Shown: positions 40,726-51,218, numbered from the stretch's first letter. The stretch: 64,000 nucleotides of DNA from Elusimicrobiota bacterium (GCA_003553445.1 PWEK01000080.1:7490-71489); one strand, 5' to 3'. The notes: generated by a model not told the origin, from the letters alone. Numbers and translations: made by a program.

Positions 40726-42021
40726 ATGAGTGCCAAAAAGTATGCTGCTTTTATTTTAATAATAATATCTGCAGGATGTTCTCAAACATATAACCGCAGG
40801 ATGATGCCGGTTAAAACAAGCCTGAAAACCGGCGCACCCGAAAATGCATTAGAGTACTTTAAAGAGACTGAAATTTCAAAAGAGCACAGAAACCGGCTTC
40901 TATATCATCTGGAAGCCGGTATGCTGTATCATCTTGCCGGAAAATATGAACGAAGCAATTACTTCTTGGAGAGGGCAGAATGGATTTCGGATGAAATGTA
41001 CACCAGGAGCATCTCCAGGGAGGCGGCATCAATGCTAACCTCGGATGATTTTTTGCCCTATAGAGGAGAATATTATGATTATCTTTTTATCAATTACTAC
41101 AAGCTCCTTAATTTCCTTCACCTGGGGGAGCTCGAGGGGGCCCTTGTAGAGGTGCGAAGATTGAATCATAAACTGTCTCTTTTTGATAGAAAAGCCGGTC
41201 TTTTTCACTATATCACGGCCCTGCTTCATATGCACTCAGGAAATGAATCCGGCGCTTTTATTGAATTCAGAAAGGCATGGTTGGCATACAGTGAAAAGTA
41301 TTCAGAAAAATACAATTTTTCTTTTCCGGAAACATTAAGAAGAGATCTGGGGGTTTTTTGTAAAGAAACTGGATTTTCAAGGTGTTCTGAAATTCCCTCA
41401 CAATACAGGGCGGCGCCGGAACTTTCGGATTCGTACGGCTCTGTTGTATTTATTGTTGAATCGGGATTTGCGCCATATAAGGAAGAAAGAAGAATCGAAG
41501 CATCGCTTCCTCAGGAATACAGGGATAGACATGAGGAGTTGAAAAATGTTTATTATCTTAAAATAGCTCTTCCCGAGCTTGTTCTTAACGCAGAGAGTTA
41601 TGAGATGAAACTGAGAGTGGGGCATAAGAGTTTAAATATGGATTTAATTGAAAATGTTGATAAGATGGTTGAAAATCATTTTGAAGAAGAGAAGAACAAT
41701 ATTATTGCAAGGGCGGTTGCCAGAGCAGCTGCAAAATATCTGACTTACAGATCTGTACGGGGGGGTGAGTCTGAAGAGGGTTCTTTCAGAAATATTCTTG
41801 CTTCGGTTTTTAATATATTCGGAACAGTTACGGAGCAGGCTGATACAAGAAGCTGGATCACGCTGCCCTCAAGAATCTTTATGAACCATCTTTATCTTGA
41901 ACCGGGTGAATATGATTTTGAGATCACCACAGAAAATTCAACTCCAAAAAGCAGGAGAATAGAGGGGGATTTTAAATTAAACTCCGGTGAAATGAAATTT
42001 GTTGTTTTGCGAACATATTAA
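40726..42021 (+). CDS. Large lipoprotein of unknown function (TPR-like N-terminus)
   Basis: Lipobox ISAGC. Helical repeat-like N-terminal half (LLYHLEAGMLYHLAGKYERSNYFLERAE). I cannot name a family with confidence. Confidence 0.5.
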   Translation: MSAKKYAAFILIIISAGCSQTYNRRMMPVKTSLKTGAPENALEYFKETEISKEHRNRLLYHLEAGMLYHLAGKYERSNYFLERAEWISDEMYTRSISREAASMLTSDDFLPYRGEYYDYLFINYYKLLNFLHLGELEGALVEVRRLNHKLSLFDRKAGLFHYITALLHMHSGNESGAFIEFRKAWLAYSEKYSEKYNFSFPETLRRDLGVFCKETGFSRCSEIPSQYRAAPELSDSYGSVVFIVESGFAPYKEERRIEASLPQEYRDRHEELKNVYYLKIALPELVLNAESYEMKLRVGHKSLNMDLIENVDKMVENHFEEEKNNIIARAVARAAAKYLTYRSVRGGESEEGSFRNILASVFNIFGTVTEQADTRSWITLPSRIFMNHLYLEPGEYDFEITTENSTPKSRRIEGDFKLNSGEMKFVVLRTY

Positions 42022-43391
42022 AAAGCGAGTTTGCCCGGATTTAATATATTGTTCGGATCAAAGTCTTTCTTTACCTTTTTTAGAAGTTTCAGGTACCCCG
42101 GGTCAATAGTTTTTGCGAAGAATGTTTTTTTTGTTATGCCTATGCCATGCTCTCCCGAAACCTTGCCGCCGATTTCTTTTACTTTATCAAATAACTGCTC
42201 TTTTATAACCGGGTTTTTTTCAAAAGATTTCTGGTTTTTTGATTTTGAGAAATTAACATGAATATTGCCATCCCCCAAATGTCCGAACAAGGTAACTGGC
42301 ATATTGTATTTATCGCTTATCCTGTATGCTTTTTTTATAAGTTCAGAAACTTCAGATTGAGGAACCACGACATCTTCTTCGAAAACGGGTCCTGCAAGAT
42401 GAGCTATTGCATCATGGATTGATCTTCTGATTTTCCATATTTTTTTCTGCTGATACGCGCTGTCAGCCGACAAAACATCCTGAGAACCGAATTCAAGACA
42501 AATATCACCCGCTTTAACAGCATATTCTTCAATTAAATTCTTGCTGTCTGAATCAAATCTAACAAGAAGCTGATGGAAATCTGAAAACTGTATTTTAGTA
42601 TCTAAATATTTTTCACAGTATCTCATTGTGTTTTTATCCATCAATTCGACCATGGTAGGGTCACTTATTTTCATGATTTTTCTAGCAGCGAGAGGGATTT
42701 TGAATATATCCTTAAAGGGAGCTATTATCCAAATGCTTTCCGCGGGTTTTTTTATTGCCCTGAAAGTTATATCTGTAAATACAGAGAGTGTTCCTTCAGA
42801 ACCGCACATTAGCTGCATTAGTATCTGATCTGTGGCGTTTTTAACTATTTTACCCCCGGCTTTCCATAATTCGGCATTTCCTGAAACTGCCGAGATTCCG
42901 GAAATATAGTTTCGGGTTGTTCCGTATTTTACAGTATTGGCCCCTCCCGACGCTTCAGCTACATTTCCACCAAGTGTGCATGAATCCATTGAGGCAGGAT
43001 TTACGGGATAGAATAAGCCTTCTTTTTTTAGTGACTCCTGCAGAGTGGAGTTTTTACATCCGGGTTCAACTACAGCCATACGGTTTTTATTATCTATATC
43101 AATTATAGAATCCATTTTTTCAAAGGAAATTACTACACCGCCACTTACCGGCAGCGATCCTCCTGTAAGACCGGTTCCGCCGCCTCTTGCTGTAACCGGG
43201 AATTTATATGCATTTGCCAATTTTAATATATCGATTATCTGAAATCTGTTTTCGGGTTTTACCACAGCTTCTGGCATAAAAAAAACATCAGGGGTTTCGT
43301 CCGTAGAATACGGGTGCAACTCTTCTTTTTCTGTCAGTAAAGAGCTTTTTCCGACAATAGATTGTAACTTTTTTATTGTTTTTTCATTCAT
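42018..43391 (-). CDS. FAD-linked oxidase (GlcD / D-lactate dehydrogenase family)
   Basis: PCMH-type FAD-binding motif ARGGGTGLTGGS and C-terminal GEHGIG..DPNNILNPGK. Confidence 0.85.
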   Translation of the reverse strand: MNEKTIKKLQSIVGKSSLLTEKEELHPYSTDETPDVFFMPEAVVKPENRFQIIDILKLANAYKFPVTARGGGTGLTGGSLPVSGGVVISFEKMDSIIDIDNKNRMAVVEPGCKNSTLQESLKKEGLFYPVNPASMDSCTLGGNVAEASGGANTVKYGTTRNYISGISAVSGNAELWKAGGKIVKNATDQILMQLMCGSEGTLSVFTDITFRAIKKPAESIWIIAPFKDIFKIPLAARKIMKISDPTMVELMDKNTMRYCEKYLDTKIQFSDFHQLLVRFDSDSKNLIEEYAVKAGDICLEFGSQDVLSADSAYQQKKIWKIRRSIHDAIAHLAGPVFEEDVVVPQSEVSELIKKAYRISDKYNMPVTLFGHLGDGNIHVNFSKSKNQKSFEKNPVIKEQLFDKVKEIGGKVSGEHGIGITKKTFFAKTIDPGYLKLLKKVKKDFDPNNILNPGKLAF

Positions 43392-43482
43392 GGTTTAATT
43401 TATTAAATTTTTAGTTATAATGTAAAAAAAGTATATTAATAAATATATTAAAATCAATGTATAGGTTAAACGGAGAAAAAAT

Positions 43483-43683
43483 ATGGAAAAACAAATATTA
43501 GAAGAAACTCATATCGGAGAGAGTTTAACGTTAAACTCCGTAATGAGAGAAGACCATGTTGAAGTAGTAATATCAACTTATGAGGTTTCTACAAGCTATT
43601 TGTTGAGTTTTGAGGAATGGGAGGAATTGATAAAGTGTCTGAATATGGCCAACAGAAGTTATTATTTTGAAACCCAGAAATGA
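43483..43683 (+). CDS. Small hypothetical protein (66 aa)
   Basis: GGAGAAAAAATATG ribosome-binding context. Overlaps the cobO start by 17 nt. I recognise no family. Confidence 0.3.
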   Translation: MEKQILEETHIGESLTLNSVMREDHVEVVISTYEVSTSYLLSFEEWEELIKCLNMANRSYYFETQK

Positions 43684-44206
43684 AAACAGGCGTCCGGTTC
43701 ATGTGTATACGGGTAACGGGAAAGGAAAGACGACCGCCGCAGTAGGGCAGGCCGCGAGGGCGGCAGGGCATAATAGAAATGTTCTTTTCATGTTTTTTAA
43801 TAAGAAACCGAATATTTCCGGAGAGGAGAATTCTCTTAAGAAAATAGGTGTTACAGTTGAATATTTTTCATCTCAATACCCGGTAAATAAAAGAAAAAAA
43901 AAGCTAAAAGAAAGGGTTTCAATACAGACACGTAAAGGAATCGAGTTTGTTTTGAAAGCTTTCCATAGTGGGAATTACGATTATATAATTATGGATGAGA
44001 TACTTGTTTCGGTAAGAGATAAATATTTAAAAGAGGAAGAGCTGCTTAAGCTTATAGATGAAAAGCCGGAGAATACAGAACTTCTTTTAACCGGCAGGGG
44101 CGCTACAGAATCAGTTATTGCAAATGCAGATATTGTAAGTAAAGTCGTTAATGTAAAACATCCGTATAAGAAGGGGGATAAATGCAAAAAAGCAACAGAA
44201 TATTAG
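43667..44206 (+). CDS. cobO: Cob(I)yrinic acid a,c-diamide adenosyltransferase (CobO/BtuR type)
   Basis: VYTGNGKGKTTAAVGQA P-loop and IIMDEI motif. Confidence 0.8.
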   Translation: MKPRNENRRPVHVYTGNGKGKTTAAVGQAARAAGHNRNVLFMFFNKKPNISGEENSLKKIGVTVEYFSSQYPVNKRKKKLKERVSIQTRKGIEFVLKAFHSGNYDYIIMDEILVSVRDKYLKEEELLKLIDEKPENTELLLTGRGATESVIANADIVSKVVNVKHPYKKGDKCKKATEY

Positions 44207-46269
44207 CATATGTGCTTGTGTGCGCAATTCTGGCTATCGCTATTTCAACCGGGAACTCAATTGCAAAATCTTACTCGGCTTCCGAAATTCTTGAAAAGAG
44301 CGCAGAGAAGTATATGCAGCTTTCCAGTTTTTCATGCAGCGTAAAAACAGACATAACTATTGTATCTGACAACATTCCCAACAGGCTTTCTTATATTTCC
44401 GAAATAAATATCGTGTTTCCTAATAAATTCAAAATACTTAATACTGAGGGGTTTTACGGAAAAAGCATAATTTCAAACGCATATGGAATGTGGACATATA
44501 TGCCCACACTTAAAAGATATTCTTTTCATTCGTCTCCTTCAGATGCAGTCAAATTTCTGCACGCGGACCCTGATGATTTTGAATCTATGGGTATTAAGAG
44601 GTTTCTGCTTTTTAATATTCTTAACAGAAAACACAAAAAATCAGAGAACAGGATGAAAGGAAATGAAATTATTGACGGAGTAAACTGCTATAAGATTTCC
44701 AGTAAGAAACCGGAAGCAGAATACTTTCTATGGATATCCAAAGATTCATACCTTTTTAAGAAAATCCGGATGAAAATGAAATCAGATTATCCTGTTTATG
44801 GAATCCATCCTGAGGGAAAGATAGGGTTAAATATTAATTATACCGAGACATATTATGATATAACCAAAAACCCCTCATACGAAGATGAGTATTTTTCTTT
44901 CGAACCACCTGAAGATGCGGTCAGAGCTTCTGATGTTTATGGTCCGGGCGAACACAAAGAATACCTGAATCTTGGTAAAAAATATAAGGATTTCCAGTTT
45001 GTTAACTATAAAACTGGAAAAAAAGAGGTCTTTTCTGAAAAAAATGAAAGGGCTTCAGTGCTTTTCTTTATGGATTGTTTTTCTGAGGAAGATATTGAAT
45101 TGGCCGGATATTTGGATAATCAGTACAGAAAAAACAGGGTAAGCCTTCTTGGAATATTTAAGGATGAGAAAAAAAGAAATAAGGAGGAGCTGCTTGAAGA
45201 GCTTAATAAAAACATATCTTTTCCGGTAACTTATGATAAGGAAAACAAAATATTTGAGCTATATTCAGTAGAGAATACACCTGTTGTAATAATGATATCT
45301 GAAAAAGGAATTATTGAACAAATATATTCAGGGTATTTTGAAGGTGTCGGCACGAAAATAGAAGAGGATATAAAATATATAGCCCGGATGAAAAAATCAG
45401 AAATTTCAGAAGGAAGGCTTGCTCCCCAATGGAGGCTGGATATAAAAGCTTCCGGGGTTAATGTCTCGGATAAAAAGATGATTGCTGCGGTAAATCCAGC
45501 CGGAGAAATTTATCTTATAAGCAATACCGGTCGAATAATAAATATAATCCGCACGGATGATAATATAAGAAATATTATATTCGATGATGAAGTTTTTTTA
45601 GGATATAATCATCAGGGGAGAAATCTCACCGCATATAAGGTGGGCGGAGAAATAAAATGGAGATATTCTGTTCCACTGGGAATAAACTCCATATCCAAAA
45701 CAGACAGGGGGAATACTCTTTTATCAACAAATGGTTCCCGAAGCCTTATCAAAATCAACAATAAGAAAAATGAATTGTTTGTGAGCAGCTCAATTGAAAA
45801 TGCACTAAGCAGCGACAGCGGGGATGATTATATAATAGCTGTAAACGGAACAAATAAGCTTTTTTTTGTTGATTACGATGGAAACCTTATAGATACGAAA
45901 AAAACAAGCGTAAATGCAGAATATGTTAAAATTCTTAATGATGAATACATTATGATTTCCGGCAGTGAGGCGGGCGAAGAGATAATTGGTGTTGTTGACC
46001 GGAAGGGAAATTCCGTATGGGAATCAATACTGGGGCCTGCGGGGTCTTCAAAAATTTCTAGCTGCAGTATTCATCCGGCAAAAGAATGGTTTGCTTTAGG
46101 CACCCTTAACGGAAATGTTCAGATATATGACATATACGGTAATATAATTACAAGTAAAAATCTTCAAGGAGTTAATGTTTTTGTAGAGTGGCACCAGGTA
46201 GATGAGGGCATATACAATCTTCTTGCGGGATCAGTTGATGACGGATTAAAAAGTTATGCTGTTGAATAA
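44182..46269 (+). CDS. Secreted three-part protein: LolA-like/DUF2092-like N-terminus, thioredoxin-like middle without CxxC, beta-propeller-like C-terminus
   Basis: Signal peptide. YMQLSSFSCSVK..FPNKFKIL..MWTYMPTLKRY (LolA-like). VLFFMDCFSEED where redoxins carry WCxxC. Repeated G-x-I/W blades at the C-terminus. Confidence 0.5.
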   Translation: MQKSNRILAYVLVCAILAIAISTGNSIAKSYSASEILEKSAEKYMQLSSFSCSVKTDITIVSDNIPNRLSYISEINIVFPNKFKILNTEGFYGKSIISNAYGMWTYMPTLKRYSFHSSPSDAVKFLHADPDDFESMGIKRFLLFNILNRKHKKSENRMKGNEIIDGVNCYKISSKKPEAEYFLWISKDSYLFKKIRMKMKSDYPVYGIHPEGKIGLNINYTETYYDITKNPSYEDEYFSFEPPEDAVRASDVYGPGEHKEYLNLGKKYKDFQFVNYKTGKKEVFSEKNERASVLFFMDCFSEEDIELAGYLDNQYRKNRVSLLGIFKDEKKRNKEELLEELNKNISFPVTYDKENKIFELYSVENTPVVIMISEKGIIEQIYSGYFEGVGTKIEEDIKYIARMKKSEISEGRLAPQWRLDIKASGVNVSDKKMIAAVNPAGEIYLISNTGRIINIIRTDDNIRNIIFDDEVFLGYNHQGRNLTAYKVGGEIKWRYSVPLGINSISKTDRGNTLLSTNGSRSLIKINNKKNELFVSSSIENALSSDSGDDYIIAVNGTNKLFFVDYDGNLIDTKKTSVNAEYVKILNDEYIMISGSEAGEEIIGVVDRKGNSVWESILGPAGSSKISSCSIHPAKEWFALGTLNGNVQIYDIYGNIITSKNLQGVNVFVEWHQVDEGIYNLLAGSVDDGLKSYAVE

Positions 46270-46302
46270 AGAGGTGGTATCTGAGGCTTAGGAGGTGTGT
46301 TC

Positions 46303-47598
46303 ATGTCTTTTAATAAAGTTCATTCAGGGTTTAAGGTGTTTATTTTATTCTTAACGGCCCTAACAATAAGCAGTTGCGCAGAAAGAGAAAGGTATGCAGA
46401 TGATGAAATTACTGAGCTGAGATTCTGGCATGGTATAGAAAGCCCGGAAAACAATTTGCTTTTAGAAGAAAAAATTAAGACTTTTGAAGAAAGAAACCCT
46501 CATATAAATATAATTTTGGAAAATATTGGAGCCCAGGACAGCGCTATGCCCAGCATAATGACGGCATTAAGCGCGGACAGGCAGCCGGAGCTGCTCTGGT
46601 TTGCGCCGGTATACACCGGGAGAATGGCCGAGAGCGGAAAACTATATCCCGCAGAAAAATTTATAGAGAACGATACGGAGTTCAACCCTGAAGATATCTA
46701 TGAAGGAATACTGGAATCCGGCCGATATGATGGGAGAATATACACCGTTCCATTTGAAACAAACTGCCTTGCATTTTATTACAACAAAGAGCACTTTTCC
46801 GAAGCAGGGATAGAGCGATATCCTCAATCCTGGAAAGAGCTGCGTCAGACGGCCCGGAAACTTACCCGGCATTTCAGGGAAAAAGGGGAGGATTCTTTCG
46901 GGATGCTCATTCCGCTGGGAACCCAGGAATGGACTGTATGGACCTGGCAGAATTTTTTATGGCAGGCAGGGGGGGAGTTTCTCTCCGATAATATGAAGGA
47001 GCCCGGATTTAACGGAAGGCCCGGTGTTGAGGCATTAAAGTTCTGGAAAAAACTTGTTTACGAAGATGAGAGCGCCGTATTTTCTGAAAGGAACGCCGGA
47101 TATAAAATTGAGCCTTTTATAGCGGGGAAGGTTTCAATGATGATAAACGGACCTTGGAATTACCCCGAACTCAAAGAACAGGATGAGATAAACTATGGTT
47201 CTTTTCCGCTGCCGGAAAATGAGAAAAAGGCGACAAACATTGGAGGAGAAAATCTTTTTATATTCAGATCTACGCCAGAAAAGGAAGAAGCTTCCTGGGA
47301 ATTTGCAAAATTCATTATGTCTGAAGAATTTCAGGCTGAATGGGCAATGAATACAGGGTATCTCCCTGTGAACAGAAAAGCGGCTGAATCTGAGAAATAC
47401 CGTAGATTTCTTGAAGAAAATCCGTTTATAAAAACTTTTGTGTATTCGATGGAGTTTGGAAAATCGAGGCCTCCGGTAAAGGAATACTCAAGAATTTCCG
47501 AGCGCCTGGGCAGGGCGCTGGAAAACGCTTTATACCGCAGAAAAACGCCCGAAGAGGCCTTAAATCAGGCCGCGGAGGATTCGGAGGACCTTCTTTGA
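46303..47598 (+). CDS. ABC transporter substrate-binding lipoprotein (family 1, sugar type)
   Basis: Lipobox ISSC and GGAGG 7 nt upstream of the ATG at 46303. SBP-1-like sequence followed by two permease genes and an ATPase gene. Confidence 0.8.
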   Translation: MSFNKVHSGFKVFILFLTALTISSCAERERYADDEITELRFWHGIESPENNLLLEEKIKTFEERNPHINIILENIGAQDSAMPSIMTALSADRQPELLWFAPVYTGRMAESGKLYPAEKFIENDTEFNPEDIYEGILESGRYDGRIYTVPFETNCLAFYYNKEHFSEAGIERYPQSWKELRQTARKLTRHFREKGEDSFGMLIPLGTQEWTVWTWQNFLWQAGGEFLSDNMKEPGFNGRPGVEALKFWKKLVYEDESAVFSERNAGYKIEPFIAGKVSMMINGPWNYPELKEQDEINYGSFPLPENEKKATNIGGENLFIFRSTPEKEEASWEFAKFIMSEEFQAEWAMNTGYLPVNRKAAESEKYRRFLEENPFIKTFVYSMEFGKSRPPVKEYSRISERLGRALENALYRRKTPEEALNQAAEDSEDLL

Positions 47599-48455
47599 GG
47601 CGAAAATCGTATGAGCCTTTTCTTTATCTTACCCCGGGTGTTTTTTTTCTAGCATTTTTTATTGTCCTGCCGGTTTTATTTCTTCTTGTATTATCTTTTT
47701 TCCGGTGGGATATGCTTTCCGGCGCAATTTCATTTGCGGGACTGGAAAATTACTCTGAGATGTTTAAGGACCCTGCTTTATACAATGCTTTGAAAAACAC
47801 TGTTTTGTATGTGGCCGGTGTTGTTCCCGCCGGGATGGCAATCGCACTTTTTATTGCTGTACAATTAAAGGGCAAACTGAGAACCTATTCAATTTACAGA
47901 ACCTCAATTTTTATGCCTGTGATAGTATCGCTTGCGGCAAGCGGCGTCATCTGGCTATGGATATATGATTACAGAAGCGGAATTCTTAACCATCTTCTTT
48001 CCCGGATAGGGATTTCCCAGATTAACTGGCTGGGCAATCCGGATACCGCATTGATATCCGTAATTATAGTAACATTATGGCAGAGAATAGGTTATAACAT
48101 GGTTATTTTTTTCGCGGGGCTGCAGGTGATACCCGAACAGCTTTATGAAGCCGCCATGATAGACGGCGCAAAGGCGTCGGGGCAATTTCGTTATGTAACA
48201 TGGCCGAATCTCCTTCCTACGACTTCATTCGTTCTTGTAATTAATCTTATTTTTGCTTTCAGGGACTTTGACCAGATATATGTAATGACACGCGGCGGGC
48301 CGATGAGTAGAACAACCACCCTGGTATATCATATATACGAAACAGCATTTGCAGAGTTTAACATAGGCATGGCGGCAGCTGTAACAATGATATTATTTCT
48401 TATAGTTATGGCAGTAACTTATTTGTATCTAAACTATATGGGGGAGAAAGCCTGA
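47595..48455 (+). CDS. Sugar ABC transporter permease (MalF/UgpA-like)
   Basis: Six TM helices and an EAA-loop region (YEAAMIDGA). TTGA overlap with the upstream gene. Confidence 0.85.
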   Translation: MRRKSYEPFLYLTPGVFFLAFFIVLPVLFLLVLSFFRWDMLSGAISFAGLENYSEMFKDPALYNALKNTVLYVAGVVPAGMAIALFIAVQLKGKLRTYSIYRTSIFMPVIVSLAASGVIWLWIYDYRSGILNHLLSRIGISQINWLGNPDTALISVIIVTLWQRIGYNMVIFFAGLQVIPEQLYEAAMIDGAKASGQFRYVTWPNLLPTTSFVLVINLIFAFRDFDQIYVMTRGGPMSRTTTLVYHIYETAFAEFNIGMAAAVTMILFLIVMAVTYLYLNYMGEKA

Positions 48456-48458
48456 GGA

Positions 48459-49271
48459 ATGAAAGCTTCAACAATATTTAAACACCTGCTGCTTGCGTTA
48501 ATCAGCACTCTTTTCTTAATGCCTTTTGTATGGATAATTGTTACATCTTTAAGGGGACCTGTAGAGGTCCTCAGAGAACACACCCTTATACTGAGTAGAT
48601 TTCGCTGGGAAAACTATATTTCTGCCTGGAGAGCGTCAAATTTCCCCCGGCAGTTTTTAAATTCTTTTGTCGTTGGCGTAAGCGTAACGCTGGGGCAGAT
48701 TTTTACATCCGCCCTTGCCGGTTATGCGCTTGCCAGGATGGAATTTAAAGGAAAAAAAATAGTTTTCATGACAGTGCTGGCTACGCTCATAATTCCTTAC
48801 CATATGCTTGTTGTACCTCTTTTTGTTATGCTGGCAAGATTCGGATGGATAAATACATACAGGGGACTGATAATACCCATGCTCGCCAACGGCTTCGGGA
48901 TTTACCTGTTTCGCCAGTTTTTCAAAAAAGTGCCGTGGCAGCTGGAAGAAGCAGCGGCTATTGACGGAGCATCCAGATGGTCCACTCTATGGAGGGTTGT
49001 TTTTCCGCAGGCTCTGCCGGCTGCCGGAACGCTTTTTATCTTTACTTTTGTGGCCGAGTGGAATGATCTTTTCAGGTGGCTAATTTTTACTCATTCAACA
49101 GAAATGCGGAATGTCCAGCTGGGATTAAGCGTATTTCAGGAGCAGTTTGCGACAGATTATGTTCGCCTTATGGCTGCGGTAGTAATTGTCACCGTGCCAA
49201 CATTTATTCTCTTTGTGATTGGACATAAAAAGCTTATACAGGGGATTTCTCTCGGAGGAATAAAAGGCTGA
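48459..49271 (+). CDS. Sugar ABC transporter permease (MalG/UgpE-like)
   Basis: EAA loop LEEAAAIDGAS and six TM helices. Confidence 0.85.
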   Translation: MKASTIFKHLLLALISTLFLMPFVWIIVTSLRGPVEVLREHTLILSRFRWENYISAWRASNFPRQFLNSFVVGVSVTLGQIFTSALAGYALARMEFKGKKIVFMTVLATLIIPYHMLVVPLFVMLARFGWINTYRGLIIPMLANGFGIYLFRQFFKKVPWQLEEAAAIDGASRWSTLWRVVFPQALPAAGTLFIFTFVAEWNDLFRWLIFTHSTEMRNVQLGLSVFQEQFATDYVRLMAAVVIVTVPTFILFVIGHKKLIQGISLGGIKG

Positions 49272-50359
49272 TGCTTAAAATAAAAAACCTGAAAAAAAGC
49301 TTTAAATCTACAATAGCATGTAAAAATATTGATTTTTCTGTTGAAAGCGGAGAGTTTTTTGTTCTATTGGGCCCCTCCGGTTGCGGTAAAACTACGATAC
49401 TCAGACTTATTGCGGGGTTGGAAAAACCTGATGAAGGGGGAGTTTTTTTTAACGACAAAAATTTAGGTGACATTTCTGTGCAGGAAAGAAATACAGCGCT
49501 TGTATTTCAAAACTATGCTCTTTATCCTAATATGAGTGTTCGAGGCAATCTCACTTTTCCGCTTAAAATGCGTAAAATATCTAAAACAAAAACAAAAGAT
49601 ACTGTGGAAAAGATTGCTTCTATGCTTAAAATAAAAAATCTTTTGGATAAAAAGGCCGTAAAACTTTCCGGAGGGCAGCAGCAGAGGGTGGCGGTTGGAA
49701 GGGCGCTGGTAAGGAAACCTGAAATTTTTCTGCTGGATGAGCCCCTTTCTAACCTTGACGCTAAACTGAGACAGCACCTTAGAATGGAGCTTATAAAAAT
49801 ACACAAGGAAATGAATATAACAACTTTATATGTAACCCATGACCAAAACGAAGCAATGACCCTGGGTGACAGAATTGCAGTGCTTAGAGATGGAAATATT
49901 CATCAGATAGGAACACCGGAAGAGATATATAGCAGTCCCGTAAATTTATTTGTGGCTAAATTTATAGGGTTTCCTGAAATAAACCTTTTTAAAACAAAAT
50001 ATAAACCGGAAAAGGGGGCAGTGAATATTCTTGGAAAAGAGCTGCAGTTATTTGAAAAAGGAACCGAACTTCCGGATAATACTGAAAATGTCACCGCCGC
50101 AGTCAGGCCTGAAGATATACATATTTCAAGCAACAATGATGACATAGAGGGCAATATCGAGGTTAAAGAGGTTTCGGGACCGGACACAGTTTTATATCTC
50201 AATGTCGACGGTTACCCCGTAAGGATGAGAGTGGCAAAAGATAAAAAAGGGCTTCTGGAAAAAATCAAAACCAATATTAAAATAGAACCTGAAAAGGTTC
50301 TTCTATTTAACTCTAAAACAGAAAGGATTATAAAAAATGAAAATATCAGAACTATATAA
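49271..50359 (+). CDS. ABC transporter ATP-binding protein (MalK/UgpC-like)
   Basis: Walker A GPSGCGKTT, signature LSGGQQQR, Walker B FLLDEP. Confidence 0.9.
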   Translation: MLKIKNLKKSFKSTIACKNIDFSVESGEFFVLLGPSGCGKTTILRLIAGLEKPDEGGVFFNDKNLGDISVQERNTALVFQNYALYPNMSVRGNLTFPLKMRKISKTKTKDTVEKIASMLKIKNLLDKKAVKLSGGQQQRVAVGRALVRKPEIFLLDEPLSNLDAKLRQHLRMELIKIHKEMNITTLYVTHDQNEAMTLGDRIAVLRDGNIHQIGTPEEIYSSPVNLFVAKFIGFPEINLFKTKYKPEKGAVNILGKELQLFEKGTELPDNTENVTAAVRPEDIHISSNNDDIEGNIEVKEVSGPDTVLYLNVDGYPVRMRVAKDKKGLLEKIKTNIKIEPEKVLLFNSKTERIIKNENIRTI

Positions 50360-51218
50360 AAAGCGTAATTCGGTTGAAGATGTTGTTTTTTCATGCGAGA
50401 TATTTCCTCCGAAATCTGAAAAAAACATTGAAACCATATATAATACGATAAAAGAGATAAAAGAAATAGCTCCCGATTTTATAAGCGTTACATACGGAGC
50501 CGGGGGGGGAACAAGGGAGAGAACACTGGAAATAGCCTCCAATGTTAAAAATAAATACGATGTTGAATCACTTATGCACCTTACCTGCGTTAATTCAACA
50601 AAAGAAAAAATGATAAGGCTTCTGAAAAAAGTAAAACAGAACAACGTTGAGAATATTCTTGCTCTGCGGGGGGATATTCCGTCAGAATTAGAAAGAGAAG
50701 AGGTTGTGACGGATTTTTGTCATGCCACCGACCTTATTAACTTCATAAAGAAAAAGGGGGATTTTTCCATAGGGGTAGCCGGGTATCCGGAGGTTCATCC
50801 TGAATCCCGAAACAGGCAGGAGGATATAAATTATCATAAGGTTAAAGTGCAAACCGGGGCTGACTTTATTATAACTCAGCTTTTCTTCAATAACGAACAT
50901 TTTTACAGTTTCCGGGATCAGATGTCATCTCAAAATATATCAGCGCCGATTTCTGCGGGAATTATGCCTGTTTTCAAGGCTTCTCTGGTTAAAAAGATGG
51001 TCTCCATATCCGGAGCATCCATTCCAAAAAAACTGCAAAATATTATAAGAAGGTATGGTGAAGATGACAATGAAATGTACAGGGCGGGTATTGATTATGC
51101 CTCAAAGCAGATTCAGGATTTAATTAATCAGGGGGTTAGTGGAATTCATCTTTACACAATGAACAGATCCAATATTGCTTTTAATATTGCAAGAAATACG
51201 GGACTTAGAAAAATTTAA
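50337..51218 (+). CDS. metF: Methylenetetrahydrofolate reductase
   Basis: FSCEIFPPKSEK, ISVTYGAGG and NILALRGD motifs. Confidence 0.85.
   Translation: MKISELYKKRNSVEDVVFSCEIFPPKSEKNIETIYNTIKEIKEIAPDFISVTYGAGGGTRERTLEIASNVKNKYDVESLMHLTCVNSTKEKMIRLLKKVKQNNVENILALRGDIPSELEREEVVTDFCHATDLINFIKKKGDFSIGVAGYPEVHPESRNRQEDINYHKVKVQTGADFIITQLFFNNEHFYSFRDQMSSQNISAPISAGIMPVFKASLVKKMVSISGASIPKKLQNIIRRYGEDDNEMYRAGIDYASKQIQDLINQGVSGIHLYTMNRSNIAFNIARNTGLRKI

Noticed and set aside
42018-42021. Convergent lipoprotein and GlcD-like genes overlapping in a shared TTAA (both stop codons).
   Set aside because: The overlap is real in the sequence, but it is a common consequence of compact genomes and carries no evident regulatory or mechanistic signal.
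43392-43666. Cobalamin riboswitch upstream of cobO, and riboswitches upstream of the CDF (2119-2195) and EamA (4351-4550) transporters.
   Set aside because: No B12-box-like sequence or convincing conserved multi-stem structure was seen. The only hairpins are short, AT-rich and loop-heavy.
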